64,000 nucleotides of DNA from Alphaproteobacteria bacterium (GCA_965243135.1 OZ251539.1:384001-448000), one strand, 5' to 3'. Shown: positions 40,950-52,600, counted from the first letter of the stretch. The notes: a model not told the origin generated them from the sequence alone. Numbers and translations are program-made.

Positions 40950-41936
40950 ATGAAGAAGCGAGAGGTGCGTGGCATCTTCTTGACCCTCTGTATCGGCTTC
41001 GCAATTGGAACCGCGTCCGCGCAGTCCGATCCTCAAGTCATCCCGGCAGCGGATCTGCAGGTCCAAAAAGAGGCACTCGAACGCCTTGCGGCACAGCTTG
41101 CGGAGCAGTGGAAATCGCTGGACGAGCGGCGGCGCGAACTTAACCGAGAACGCCTGCTTTTGTTGGCGGGGGACCGACCTGCAGACAAGGCGCAACTTGA
41201 TATCTGGTTCAAGCGCGAGAGGGTGGCCAAAAGTCTCGAAAGCGACATTGATAGCTTGAAACGGTTGAAAACGGTCATCGCGTCCGGAGCACTTGCCCGA
41301 GTTCGACGACCGCGCATGCAACAGGCTATCGCGTTCGTTCCCTCCCCGGGTTTGGCGAGGGCCAATCTCGCGGTCAATCTGCGCGATGCGCCGGACGGTG
41401 AACGGATAAGGGTCTTGCAATCAGACGAACTCGTGATCCGGCTGGCCAGCGGCGGCGGTTGGAGCGTTGTCGCGACGACTGATGGAATTGCGTTCGTTCC
41501 TACGTCACAGTTGAAACAACTGGCCGACACGATGGATAAAGAAACACTTGCGGGCACCACATTGCTGAAGGGCAACGCCGAGACGCTCGCTTCGCCGTCT
41601 GCCGCTTTGGCCATTCGGCGGACCTCCATGGTCGAAGAGAACGCCCCCTTGGCCCCTGCAGGAGGCAGCGAGGCGGGGCGACCCTCCCGGATCGTGGTCC
41701 ATGCGGTCGCAAAGAGCTACGTTCTGGTTCGGGACACGGACGGCAACGAACTATACTCTGGGGTGATGCAGGCCGGAGACGCCTACGAAGCACCGCTGGG
41801 CGAGAATCTCCTGCTAGACACCGGAAACGCTGGTGGTCTCCGCGTGACCGTCGATGGACAGGAGGCTCCGCCTCTCGGTTCTATCGGCGATGTTATGCGT
41901 GGGATTCCGCTTGATCGAAGACTTCTCAGCCGGTGA
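40950..41936 (+). CDS. Exported coiled-coil + SH3b + DUF4115 (RodZ C-terminal-like) protein
   Basis: VNLRDAPDG; SYVLVRDTDG.ELYSG....GD...LLLDTGNAGGLRVTVDG...LG..GDV. Confidence 0.75.
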   Translation: MKKREVRGIFLTLCIGFAIGTASAQSDPQVIPAADLQVQKEALERLAAQLAEQWKSLDERRRELNRERLLLLAGDRPADKAQLDIWFKRERVAKSLESDIDSLKRLKTVIASGALARVRRPRMQQAIAFVPSPGLARANLAVNLRDAPDGERIRVLQSDELVIRLASGGGWSVVATTDGIAFVPTSQLKQLADTMDKETLAGTTLLKGNAETLASPSAALAIRRTSMVEENAPLAPAGGSEAGRPSRIVVHAVAKSYVLVRDTDGNELYSGVMQAGDAYEAPLGENLLLDTGNAGGLRVTVDGQEAPPLGSIGDVMRGIPLDRRLLSR

Positions 41937-41960
41937 TGCGGCAATGCGGCGGCAATCTGC

Positions 41961-42341
41961 ATGCCGCGTCCGCGAAAGCCCAGCGGCGTTGAGCGGCCGC
42001 TCGTCGCCGGGGAGCGGCGTCTGAGTTTTTGTTGCGCGAGGGAGGGGTGCGGCTGTTGCGTCACGCCGCCCTCGGTGCGGTACTTCGGGCGCCGGGTGTA
42101 CGTGGCCTTCGTCTTCGTGTTCCTGACAGCCATGTCGCAGGGGGTTCGGAGTCCCGAGTTCCGTCTGGTTGTCGATCGTCTGGGCATCGACAAACGCACG
42201 CTTCAGCGCTGGCGGCGTAGGTGGCGCAAGACTTTCGTCGAGACCTCCCTGTGGCGAAAGCCGCGGCCCGTGAGCCGACATGTGCGGTTGTTTCTCTTGG
42301 TGCGGTGTGTGGTGTGGTGTGTGGTGTTCACGACGCGCTGA
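41961..42341 (+). pseudogene. Transposon-associated Cys-rich/HTH accessory gene fragment
   Basis: RLSFCCAREGC...TPPSVRYFGRRVY...LGIDKRTLQRWRRRW; ends in a TGTGG low-complexity tract. Confidence 0.5.
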
Positions 42342-42521
42342 AACCGATTTCCCCGGCGCGGGACTTGTGCTCCGTGTCGGCTGCTCTACATCCCGAACCG
42401 CCTCTCGACGAAATGGGAGCGCCGAGCTTTCGATCTTTCCGCTTCGATGCGCCCTTTCGAAAGTGATCGAGGCGATCGAAGTTCGGATACGACCGTGATT
42501 TCAACTTGTACTCCACTCGTT

Positions 42522-43304
42522 CTATGCGCCGGAGCGATCGATATGGACCCGCACTCGACTTATTTGTCGACGCTGCCACTCGCCCTGACGATACTGCGGG
42601 CGGCCCCGAAGATTGCCGACGATGTTCGAGTTCGGCTTGATGTTCGCGGCATTCCATGGAACGGTCTCATCCGTACCGTCTGTAAAATAAGTCGTGATCC
42701 ACGCCCAACCCTTGGACAACAGCGCTTCCTTAAATGCGCCGCTCGGTCCTTCAGGATCGAATTCGATGGGAAGAATGCTGCTGCGCGGTCGGAAAGCCGA
42801 CTCCGGGATTTCCTCCGGCAGTTCTACCTCATGCCCTGCCAGACTCCTCAGGTAGCCGTAGTTCGTCTCGCACAGCTTCGTAATCATCTCATACTGCGCT
42901 TCGCAGTAGCTGCGCAGATCCGCGAACATCTCGGATTGTCTGCGATAATCTGCATGTTCGATGAAACATTCCAGCCTCTTCAACGTTGCGGGCTTGTTTT
43001 TCAGGAATTCTCTGTAGTGCTTTCCACTCTTCAGCCGGTTCGTTTCCGCAGCAGTCGGCACGACATTTCCGTACAGGTCGAGGCCGCAATGATGCCTGTT
43101 CATCGGTACGGCGTGATCCATTTCTCTATCGTCCTCCGTGAGCGTGTCGCCCGTGTAAGCGCAACACCCGTCAAACCACTCGAGGGTCTTCTTCCAGTGT
43201 TCGTCGGTGAAACCTCCGGCAAGGAGGCTGGCGTCGGTCAGGAGGACGCGCACGAAACGGTTCGCGGCGTCTCCCGGACGGTTTTTGGCAATTTTGCGTG
43301 GCAT
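42522..43304 (-). CDS. HNH endonuclease with extra C-terminal domain
   Basis: CCAYTG...MDHAVPM...GLDLYGNVVPT...NRLK; GGAGA RBS. Confidence 0.8.
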   Translation of the reverse strand: MPRKIAKNRPGDAANRFVRVLLTDASLLAGGFTDEHWKKTLEWFDGCCAYTGDTLTEDDREMDHAVPMNRHHCGLDLYGNVVPTAAETNRLKSGKHYREFLKNKPATLKRLECFIEHADYRRQSEMFADLRSYCEAQYEMITKLCETNYGYLRSLAGHEVELPEEIPESAFRPRSSILPIEFDPEGPSGAFKEALLSKGWAWITTYFTDGTDETVPWNAANIKPNSNIVGNLRGRPQYRQGEWQRRQISRVRVHIDRSGA

Positions 43305-43334
43305 TGTTCGATCTCCATATGCTGCGACGGACCG

Positions 43335-43790
43335 GCCGCCTTCATACTCTTCTCAGCCATCTTCGTCTCTCCGTTCCGGGCCGCGCAGGTTCTCCGGCGT
43401 CAGTGCCAGCAGCCGCTCCCGCGACGGAATTCGCCCCGGAAACGACCGTTCTCGATGAACGCCGCAAGCGAGCGTTCCCTGACGATGACGCCCCTGGTCG
43501 CCAGCCGGGCACAGAGGATCTCCGCGGGGTCACCTTCGTCGACGCGGCGCATCAGCAGGCTCTGCGGCTGCTCCACCGCTTCGCAGTATCTCGGTCCTCC
43601 GGTCGGGGACTTTTTCGATTTCGGCGCGCAGCTTTTCGAGGCGCATGCACGGTGTTACCGCTTCTGGAATGGTCTACCGACAGACGCGGCCCGCCGCCAT
43701 CCGACGTGCCGGAAAACGCAGAATTCCCGTGAGGACGGACCGAAGGCGAGGGCGCAATCCGGTTTTCCGAAGCGCTGTTGCGGATACCAA
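43335..43790 (-). pseudogene. Frameshifted copy of the mobilisation accessory region (paralog of about 48710-49160)
   Basis: MRLEKLRAEIEKVP then a frameshift, followed by truncated MAEKSMKA. Confidence 0.75.
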
Positions 43791-44167
43791 GAGCCGAACT
43801 CGCCTCATGACGAACCGGCGGCGGCCGCCTTTCGCGTTCGCTCGTCGGATGCCGTGCCGGAACTGTTTCGCCCACATGGCCTCCGACCGGAGAAAATCCG
43901 CCGCTGATCCGTTGGCGGAGCAGGGAACGCTTCTTTCCGCCGCTGATGTCTCCGCGACCGGCCGTGGATGCTCCGCAAAACCCCATGAGCATTCAGCGCA
44001 CACTATCGATCCGGAAACGCAACACAGGCATCGGCAATCTCCGTCGTGGGGCCGGGTGAGCTGGCGGGTGGCGGCGGCGCGGCACTCGCTTCAGAGAATA
44101 CCCCTTTTCCCGGCTGGTGCCGTGACATTACCGAGATGAAAGGCGTCCCGTGCGTCGAAATGGGACG

Positions 44168-44962
44168 CTAACAGGCCGTGTCCGCCGGCGGCAGAACCCG
44201 AAATATCCAGTCGGTCATGACGAGCATGTTCATGCTGTGCTTGTGGTCGGCATATACGACCAGGCCGTGCACTGCGGCATGCCGGTTCGGCAGGAAGTCC
44301 TTTTCGACCTCGGTGGTATCGTTCGGAGGCACATGCTCGTAGATATGCCGGTACAACCGATCCAGTATCAGATACCCGAAGAACGTCCCTTCGGCGATTT
44401 CTTCCAACGGCCTCATTTCGACGAGCGTCTGGAGCAATTGTTTCGAGCCCATGTGGTCGGGGGTCGGCATTCGGGATCGCAGCACCCGTTCGATTTCCGG
44501 AAAGAGCGAACGAACGACGCACCGGTAAAGGCGTTCTTCATGAGCTTGCAGCGCTTCACGGAACGCCGCTTTCGTTTCGTCGTCGACGTGATATCCGTCC
44601 AGATTCTCTTCGAAGGATTGCCGTATCTCGCTCCAATGTTTATCGTAGTACGATGACATGCAGGCGTCGAGGCGTGCGGCATCTCCACCGCTTTGCTCCA
44701 TGCAATGGTACGGCGCATGATCGAACGGCAACCAACCGGTTTCGTTGAGCGCGTCGACCAGTTCCGCCTGTTTTCCGATCAGGGCGAGATACGGCTTTAT
44801 CACGGAAACGAGTTCCGGCACGGCATTTTTCAGCGCCTCGAAGTGAGGGGCGAGTTCCTCCTCGTTCTCCCTGAGGTATTCCTGCAGTTTCTCTAGGTGA
44901 GGTTTGAATCCTTCCAAGACGGACTCGAATATTTCGGACAGGTCCGGACGGTGGTCGGTCAT
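44168..44962 (-). CDS. Hypothetical protein (possible HEPN-like RxxxxH)
   Basis: 264 aa; PNRHAAVHG near the C-terminus. Confidence 0.6.
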   Translation of the reverse strand: MTDHRPDLSEIFESVLEGFKPHLEKLQEYLRENEEELAPHFEALKNAVPELVSVIKPYLALIGKQAELVDALNETGWLPFDHAPYHCMEQSGGDAARLDACMSSYYDKHWSEIRQSFEENLDGYHVDDETKAAFREALQAHEERLYRCVVRSLFPEIERVLRSRMPTPDHMGSKQLLQTLVEMRPLEEIAEGTFFGYLILDRLYRHIYEHVPPNDTTEVEKDFLPNRHAAVHGLVVYADHKHSMNMLVMTDWIFRVLPPADTAC

Positions 44963-45545
44963 CTGGCAGTTTCTCCTGCAAAAGTTCCCGCGCCGAATGT
45001 CGGCGGCCGCTCAGGACTCTCGGAACCAGCCGCGCTCCAGTGCGTCCTGCTCGCTTTCGGCACCGTTTCCGAGCGGTGCCGGTTGATGCGCAGCCGCGCG
45101 ACCCGCTGCTCCAAGGGCGGGAGGTTCCCGTGGCGTTCAATTTCCGCTTGGTCGAGCATTTCGCCACGTTCGTTGCTGTCGAAAATCCCTCGGGAGAGCC
45201 TGACCTGCATCTCTTCCGAAAGCTGCTGCATTCGGTCGTCGTCGAAGAACTCGGCTCCCCTTTGCGGCACACGGTAGAGCGCGTCGTCGTGGACTACGCC
45301 GCCTGTCCGAGGGGAACTGTCGTACGATTCCGACTCGTGCCTCCATCCTTTCGATGCAGTCACCGTCGCATCATTCCGGATGGAACACAAGCACCTATCG
45401 GACAGGTGCCGGAGTTCCTCTCGAAGCGAATGGCTCCTTTGGGCGGACGAAGACTGCGTTCAAGGACGCTCCGCCGTGTAGCGTGGCGGCGCATCGTTAC
45501 AACGAGTGCCGACCTCTTGTCCGGTTTCCGACAGGCTGTGCGAAA

Positions 45546-45863
45546 TCAGTTCGGCAACCGCTCCTCTTGTGCGGGCCTGTTCGGGAGGGTTTCGGGCGCG
45601 GGCGGCTTTGTCCTTACCGGCTTCCTTTCCGGCAGCTTGCCAGTGTCCAGAAAGGCCCCCAAAGACCGCTCGCCGACCTTGACCCCCTGCCGGGCCAGCG
45701 CGTCGGCGAGCGCCTTGACGGAGGCTCCCTCCGCAACCTTCTCCTTCAGGAGCGAGGCCATTTCCTCCAATATCTCCTGGTAGGTCACGCGCTCCGGCCT
45801 GACCTTCCGGATCTCCGCACGCAGCGCGTCGGCGTCGACCGCCTTCATGCTCTTCTCAGCCAT
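45546..45863 (-). CDS. Small mobilisation-associated helical protein, copy 2
   Basis: Near-identical to 48403-48732 up to ERKPVRTK, with a different tail. Confidence 0.75.
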   Translation of the reverse strand: MAEKSMKAVDADALRAEIRKVRPERVTYQEILEEMASLLKEKVAEGASVKALADALARQGVKVGERSLGAFLDTGKLPERKPVRTKPPAPETLPNRPAQEERLPN

Positions 45864-45915
45864 CTCTCCTGTCCGTGCCGGGGCCGCGCAGGTCCTCCGG
45901 CGTCAGCGCAAGCAA

Positions 45916-46680
45916 CCGCTCCCGGTTCCGTCCTGATCCGCGGACTCGCGGGAGAGGGGCGGGAGGTGGAGTTTTCTCCCGACGAGATCGCGGACAGTCG
46001 GGGGAACGTCCAGCTGGACCACGGCTACGCACGAACGATCTCTTCGGCCTGGGGAGAGGCGGTCGACCGGGTGTTCCTGTTCGCCGACGACAAGCTGGAG
46101 GCCTCGATGATCCGGCGCACGGAAGCGCTTCGGCGGGACGGACTCGACATCTACGTCGATCGCGAGCCGTTGCGCGCGGGAGACGCGGCGAACTATCTCG
46201 CCGAACGCTGGCGGCGTCCGCCGCCGCCGGACGGCCCCGTCGAAATTCCCGCGAACGGCGGCGGTCCGGCGGAGGGCAACGCGGCGCGGTTCCCGGAGCG
46301 CCCCGAAGAACGCGGCGCCCGCGAGCGGCCGACGGATCCGGACGGCCGGGGCGCGGCGGACTGGCTGGCGGCGAACGGAAGCGTTTGGGAAAGGGACATG
46401 GCCCGCGTCATCCGCCGCGCCGCGTCGGAGTTGCGCGAGCGCGTCGGCGGGGATGTTTCGGAGAACCGGCAAGAGCCGCGGGAACGGACGGCCGCCGAGG
46501 GCGGCCGCGCGACGTCCGGGACGGGAGGAGACGCGGCGCTGCAGACGGCGCCGCATCCGCGGAAACTTTCGGCGGCTCTCGCCGGACGGGCCGAAGAGAT
46601 CTGCCGGGCTTCCGGGCGGGAAGCGGACCGGGAACTACTGGCAGGCGGGCTCGGTCGCGGGAGAACGGGGCGCTCGCTCT
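45916..46680 (+). pseudogene. Internal fragment duplicate of the relaxase gene (about 51617-52380)
   Basis: Near-identical DNA (APGSVLIRGLAGEGREVEFSPDEIAD...). Confidence 0.9.
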
Positions 46681-46709
46681 CGGTGCGACGCGGGGTGAAG
46701 CCACCGGTG

Positions 46710-47621
46710 TCAGGTGCCCGCAAACGCCCGCTCGAGTGCGGCGACGTCGAGTTTCGTCATCGGCAGCATGGCCTCGAAGACGCGCTCCCGCGCCGCGTCG
46801 GCGGCGTCGGTTCCGAGCCAGTCCAGCCACTGTTTCGGCACCACCTGCCAACTGATGCCGAAACGGTCCTTCAGCCAGCCGCATTGCCCCGGTTCGCCGC
46901 GCCGCGAGAGTTCGTTCCAATGATGGTCCACGTCCGGCTGGCCGTCGCAGAGCACTTGCAGCGACACGGCCTCGTTGAAGCCGAAGGCGTGGTCGCCCGG
47001 GCTGTCCATCGCCGCGAAATGCTGCCCGGCGAGAACGAAGCGGCCGATCTTGACCATCCCTGCTCCGTCTTCGTCCGGCCCGATTCGCTCCACTTCCCCG
47101 ATTCGGGAATCGTGGAAGACGCCGCAGAAGTGCTCCATCGCGGCCATGGCGTTGCCGAGTTGCCCGCCGCAGAACATCAGGCACGGCACGATGGGCGGCA
47201 AGCCGGGATCCGGGGAAACCGTCACCTGCCAGGAGACGCCGAAGCGATCCGCCGTCCAGCCGAAGCAGGGACTCCAGGGGTAGGCGTCGAGCGGCATCAG
47301 CACCGCGCCGTCGCTCGACAGCTTGGCGAACAGGCGCTCGGCCGTCGCGGAACCGACGTGGGCGAAGAACGAGATGCTGGGATTGATGACGAACTGCGGC
47401 CCGCCGTTGACCGCCGTGAAGCGCCGGCCGCAGATCTCGAAGTCCACGCTCATCACGCTGCCGCGCGGCTTGCCGGCCGGATTGTCGGACGAGCGCGGAT
47501 AACGCGAGCGGGCGATCACGCGGCCCGCTTCAGGCGTCTCGACGTAGAACGCCGCCGCTTCCTCGGCCTTGTCGTCGAACCACAGACAGGGCGCGACGGT
47601 CGGGTTGTTCAGGGTGTTCAT
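46710..47621 (-). CDS. VOC/PhnB family protein (3-demethylubiquinone-9 3-methyltransferase-like, two domains)
   Basis: PCLWFDDKAEEAAAFY, NGGPQF, DRFGVSWQ, CGWLKDRFGISWQVVP. Confidence 0.9.
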   Translation of the reverse strand: MNTLNNPTVAPCLWFDDKAEEAAAFYVETPEAGRVIARSRYPRSSDNPAGKPRGSVMSVDFEICGRRFTAVNGGPQFVINPSISFFAHVGSATAERLFAKLSSDGAVLMPLDAYPWSPCFGWTADRFGVSWQVTVSPDPGLPPIVPCLMFCGGQLGNAMAAMEHFCGVFHDSRIGEVERIGPDEDGAGMVKIGRFVLAGQHFAAMDSPGDHAFGFNEAVSLQVLCDGQPDVDHHWNELSRRGEPGQCGWLKDRFGISWQVVPKQWLDWLGTDAADAARERVFEAMLPMTKLDVAALERAFAGT

Positions 47622-48402
47622 GGCAACTCTCTCCTTATACTCGGCAGCGCGTCGAGCGAAGGCGCCCGCCCGGGTGGCATCTCATGATGCCTTGCTTCAG
47701 CAGCCGCGTCGCCCTTCCAGAACACGACCGCGGCGGCAGCGACGCAAGGCGAATGTGCGCCCCGGCGGCACCTCACGACGCCTTGCCCGGTTGCTCGCGA
47801 CGATGCCGCTCTCGCTCATCCCATAGAGCTGGTACACTCTTGCGAGGATCATGGCGGCGGGGCTCCGACCGCAACCCGGCAGGCCACGTGACCCGCTTCG
47901 ACGCGGTCCTCCGGAGGCCTGAAGTGGACAGCCGCTTCGCGCCTGACCACTTCCCCACAGGCCCAACCACTACAACGGAAGCGGTCAACTAATTTGGTAC
48001 ATACCAGTTCAAAATGTTCTTGACAGCCGAGACGCCTCGGAGAATCGTGACACGGCGCATGATCGTCTTGGGAAGGTTGGACTTCGGATGTTTGCCGCTG
48101 CAGCGACGGAGGACGGTCTCTGACGATCGCTGCACTGTCGGCGAACGTTTCCACACGCTTCTTCAACTCGGAACCTTCCCGAGCGAATGAATGCCCCCGT
48201 TGCTACTTCGGCGGCAACCGTCTGTCGTCAGGTTTGCTTTTGCGCTTCGCCTTCACGAAACATATCTGGCCGCCGGTCGAGGGGCTCTACACGCGAAAAG
48301 CGTTCTCCCCCACTAGAGCAGGCCTGACCACTCACTTTCCATTTGTAGAGCAGGTCGCCCTCGGCGTTTAGCGCGATCTTCCAAGTCCACAAACGAAATT
48401 CG

Positions 48403-48732
48403 TCAGGCATCGACTCGTCTCTCCGGTCTGCGCGGCGCTTCGGGCGGGCTCGCGGGATTATCGGTCGCCTTCGTCCGCACCGGCTTCCTTTCCGGCAGCT
48501 TGCCAGTGTCCAGAAAGGCCTTCAAAGACCGCTCGCCGACCTTGACCCCCTGCCGGGCCAGCGCGTCGGCGAGCGCCTTGACGGAGGCTCCCTCCGCAAC
48601 CTTCTCCTTCAGGAGCGAGGCCATTTCCTCCAATATCTCCTGGTAGGTCACGCGCTCCGGCCTGACCTTCCGGATCTCCGCGCGCAGCGCGTCCGCGTCG
48701 AATTCGACCGCCTTCATGCTCTTCTCAGCCAT
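48403..48732 (-). CDS. Small mobilisation-associated helical protein
   Basis: Divergent from the relaxase; paralogous to the neighbouring gene (LRAEI.K...LA..GV.V.E.SL.AF..TG). Confidence 0.7.
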   Translation of the reverse strand: MAEKSMKAVEFDADALRAEIRKVRPERVTYQEILEEMASLLKEKVAEGASVKALADALARQGVKVGERSLKAFLDTGKLPERKPVRTKATDNPASPPEAPRRPERRVDA

Positions 48733-49024
48733 CTTCTTCTCTCCTGTCCGTGCCGGGGCCGCGCAGGTCCACCGGCGTCAGCGCCAGCAACCGCTCCCGC
48801 GACGGAATCCGCCCCGGAAACCGGCCGGTCTCGATGAACGCCGCAAGCGAGCTTTCTTTGACGATGACGCCCTTCGCCGCCAGCCGGGCGCAGAGGATTT
48901 CCGCGGGGTCGCCTTCGTCGACGCGGCGCATCAGCAAGGCCCGGAACCGGTCCACCGCTTCGCGGTAACTCGGTCCGCCCGTCGGGATTTTTTCGATTTC
49001 GGCGCGCAGCCTGTCGAGGCGCAT
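48725..49024 (-). CDS. Small mobilisation-associated helical protein (relaxosome accessory candidate)
   Basis: MRLDRLRAEIEKIP...; overlaps the downstream paralog. Confidence 0.65.
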   Translation of the reverse strand: MRLDRLRAEIEKIPTGGPSYREAVDRFRALLMRRVDEGDPAEILCARLAAKGVIVKESSLAAFIETGRFPGRIPSRERLLALTPVDLRGPGTDRREEDG

Positions 49025-49692
49025 GTGCGGCGTTACCGTTTCCGGAACGGTCCGTCGACAGACACGACCCGGCCCGCCGCCATCCGGCGCGCCGGGAAAC
49101 TCAGAATACCCTCGCGGACGGACTGGATGCAAGGGGTGGCGATCCGGTTTTCCGGAGCGCCGCCGCGGGAACCGGCCAGGCGCCGGGAGCGCGACCCGGC
49201 CATTCCCTCGAAGGCGGGGAACCTGGAATTCCGCTCCGGCGCGCCGACGCTGCGCGTCGTTTCCCGAACTCGCCGCAAGACGGAACGGCGGTCGGGCCGC
49301 CTGTCGGGCTACGGTTTCTCGCCGCCGCGGAAACCGGCTCCGTCGGCGCGACTGTCCGCCGGAGAAACCAGGCAGCCGATTCGCCGAAGGAGCCGGGAAC
49401 GCTCCTTTCGACAGGAGCGCGCCGCGGGAGACTGTTTCCCGTCCGCCGACGGCGACGCTCGCTCCTGACTGGACCCGCCCCTTGACTGGAACGGGCGGGA
49501 AACGCAAATTCCTGCCGACGGAGAGGCCGTATTGCGGATCGTACAGCCTTCACACTTATGCACTAAACCGCCCCGCGGTCGCGGCGGGGCCGTCCCGACG
49601 TTTCCCGGCGGCCCGCCGAGACGTCCGAAGGCCGGGCCGGCTGCGACGGCGCCTAGCGAAACTGCGGGAAGGCGCTTCCGCGGGCCGGCCGC

Positions 49693-52600
49693 ATGGTAGC
49701 GTCGATCGGCCAGGCGGCCGCCGCGGAATACTACCTCGAATCCCAGCGGTCGTACCGCCCGGCCGATGCCTGGTTCGTCCCCGGCGAAGAGCCCGACGGC
49801 GCCTGGTGCAACCCGTCCGGGCTGTTCGATATCGCCGACGGCAGCAGGGTGGAGACGCCCGACTGGCTGGCGCTCTACGGCGGCTTCTCGCCGGCCGGCG
49901 GCGCGCGGCTGACGCGCAATTCGGGCAGCGCGTCCCGGTCAGCCGGCCTCGACGTGACCTGCAGCGCCGACAAGACGATCTCCGCCCTCTGGGCGGTCGC
50001 GGACCCCGGGCTGCGGGAGGGGATCGAGCGTGCGCACGCCGCCGCGGCCCGCGCCGCGCTGGAGGAGATCGTCTTCCGCCATTGCGGCTACACCCGCGTC
50101 CGCAAGCGCGACGGAGAGATCCGCGTCGTTCCCGCCCGCCCGATCGCCGCCATGTTTCCGCACGGATCGTCGCGCGCCGGGGATCCGCAGCTGCACATGC
50201 ATTGCGTGATCCTGAACGTGGCGAGGACGGAGGCCGACGGCAGGTTCCGGGCGGTCCACCAGTATCCGGTCTATCTGTGGCGGAAGGCCGCCGGTTCGGC
50301 CTACCGCAACGCACTCGCCTGGCGTCTTCGCGAGGATCTCGGCCTGCCGGTGGAACGCTACGGCGAGCGCGGGGAATTCACGCGGGTCGCCGGCGTTCCG
50401 GTCGGCCTCGTGAAGCGCTGGTCGAAGCGGCGCGAGAAGCTCGAGAAGCAGGCGGCCGCGATGGGCTACGCCGTCAAGGGCAACGCCGCGCGGCTGGCGG
50501 CGGCGAACCTCGCCGGACGCCCGAGGAAGGATCGCCACGATATCGAATGCCGCCATGAACGCTGGCGGAACGAGGCGGCGGCGCTGAACGCGGCCGGGCT
50601 CGCGGAGTCGGTGGCGGAAGCCGGAAGGCGGTCCGTCGCGCCGCGGTTGCCGGACGGCCTCGAGGAGTTGCCGCTCGAACTGGTCCGCCGAACCGCCTCC
50701 TTCCGGCTGCCGGAACTCGTCGAACGGGTGGAGAATGCGACGGCGGGCGCGCTCGACCGCGCCGGCGTCCGGGCCTGTCTAAAGCGCGCGCTGGAGCGGG
50801 ACGATCTGGTTCTTCTGGACGGGCCGAAGAAGTCGGCGGACGCCCGCGCGGGCCTCGCGCACACGAAAGTCTGGTCGACCCCGACCGAAGTCGTCGCGGC
50901 GGCGGTCGGCGGGCGGGACGGGGCCGCGGGAGAGGGCGAACGGGCCGCGGCGGGCGAGCGCGCGGAAGGCGCGGCGCTCCTCGCCGCCGGCGGTTACGAG
51001 TTGATCGCCGCGGCCCGCGACTGGAAGGCCGCTAAGGCGCTTGGAACGGATCGCGGCATGCGGCCCGTCACGATCGACCGGCTGCTTCGGATGGAGCTCG
51101 GCAGCAAAACCGCGGTCCAGGTCGACGGGACGCTGACGGAACGCGAGGCGCGCTGCCTGGCGGAACTGGCGAAACGCACCGGCGCGACGATCCTGCCGGC
51201 CGGCGGAGCGCGGCGGAACGGACAAGGGGGACGCGACATGAAACGGCTTTCCGAGTTGCTGCCTGCAGTGGGCGGCGCGGTCGGCGTCGGGGGGATGCCG
51301 GGGAACCTTCATCTCGGACGCGACCTTGAAGACGCGATGAAGTCGCTTGTCAGCGATTGGGATCGCTTCCGGCGATCCGGCGGAACGGCGATGGTTCTCG
51401 CGCGCACCCGGGCGGAAGCGCAGGCGCTGTCCTTCCTGCTTCGCACGCGCGCGCTGGAAGGACGCGGCGGGTCGGCTGCGATCCGCGTCGCGGGCGGCGG
51501 GAGCCGCCGGACGGCGCTTCTGGAAATCGCGCCGGGCGACCTCGTCCGGCTCGGCGCGCCGCACCGCGGGCTGAAGCTGCCCGCCGGAACCGTCGTCGCC
51601 GTGAAGGAGGTCGAGGCCGCTCCCGGTTCCGTCCTGATCCGCGGACTCGCGGGAGAGGGGCGGGAGGTGGAGTTTTCTCCCGACGAGATCGCGGACCGTC
51701 GGGGGAACGCCCAGCTGGACCACGGCTACGCGCAAACGATCTCTTCGGCCCGGGGAGAGGCGGTCGACCGGGTGTTCCTGTTCGCCGACGACAAGCTGAC
51801 GGCCTCGATGATCCGGCTCGCGGAAGCGCTTCGGCGGGACGGTCTCGACATCTACGTCGACCGCGAGCCGTTGCCCGCGGGAGACGCGGCGAACTATCTC
51901 GCCGAACGCTGGCGGCGTCCGTCGCCGCCGGACGGCCCCGTCGAAATTCCCGCGAACGGCGGCGGTCCGGCGGAGGGCAACGCGGCGCGGATCCCGGAGC
52001 GCCCCGAAGAACGCGGCGCCCGCGAGCGGCCGACGGATCCGGACGGCCGGGGCGCGGCGGACTGGCTGGCGGCGAACGGAAGCGTCTGGGGAAGGGACAT
52101 GGCCCGCGTCATCCGTCGCGCCGCGTCGGAGTTGCGCGAGCGCGTCGGCGGGGACGTTCCGGGGAACCGGCAAGAGCCGCGGGAACGGACGGCCGCCGGG
52201 AGCGGCCGCGCGCCGTCCGGGACGGGAGAAGACATGGCGCTGCAGGCGACGCCGCGGGAACTGTCGGCGGCGCTCGCCGGACGGGCCGAAGAGATCTGCC
52301 GCGCGTATCTTCCGGGCGGGAAGCGGACCGGGAACTACTGGCAGGCGGGCTCGGTCGCGGGAGAACGGGGACGCTCGCTCTACGTTCATCTCGCGGGCGG
52401 CCGGCGCGGCCGCTGGGTCGACGAAGCCACCGGCGAGAAGGGCGATCTCCTCGACCTGATCCGCGCCGCGCGCGGCCATTCGCGCATGAGCGACGCGATG
52501 CGGGAAGCCGCGTCGATCGTCGGCGGCAGCGCGCCCGAACCGCGCGAGGCCGTCGCGCCCGCAACGCCGGCGGCGGACCCCCGCCGCCTCGAAAACTTCC

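Noticed and set aside
49480-49600. Specific oriT/nic site
   Set aside because: The position is plausible and inverted repeats exist, but I could not match a known MOBF nic sequence.
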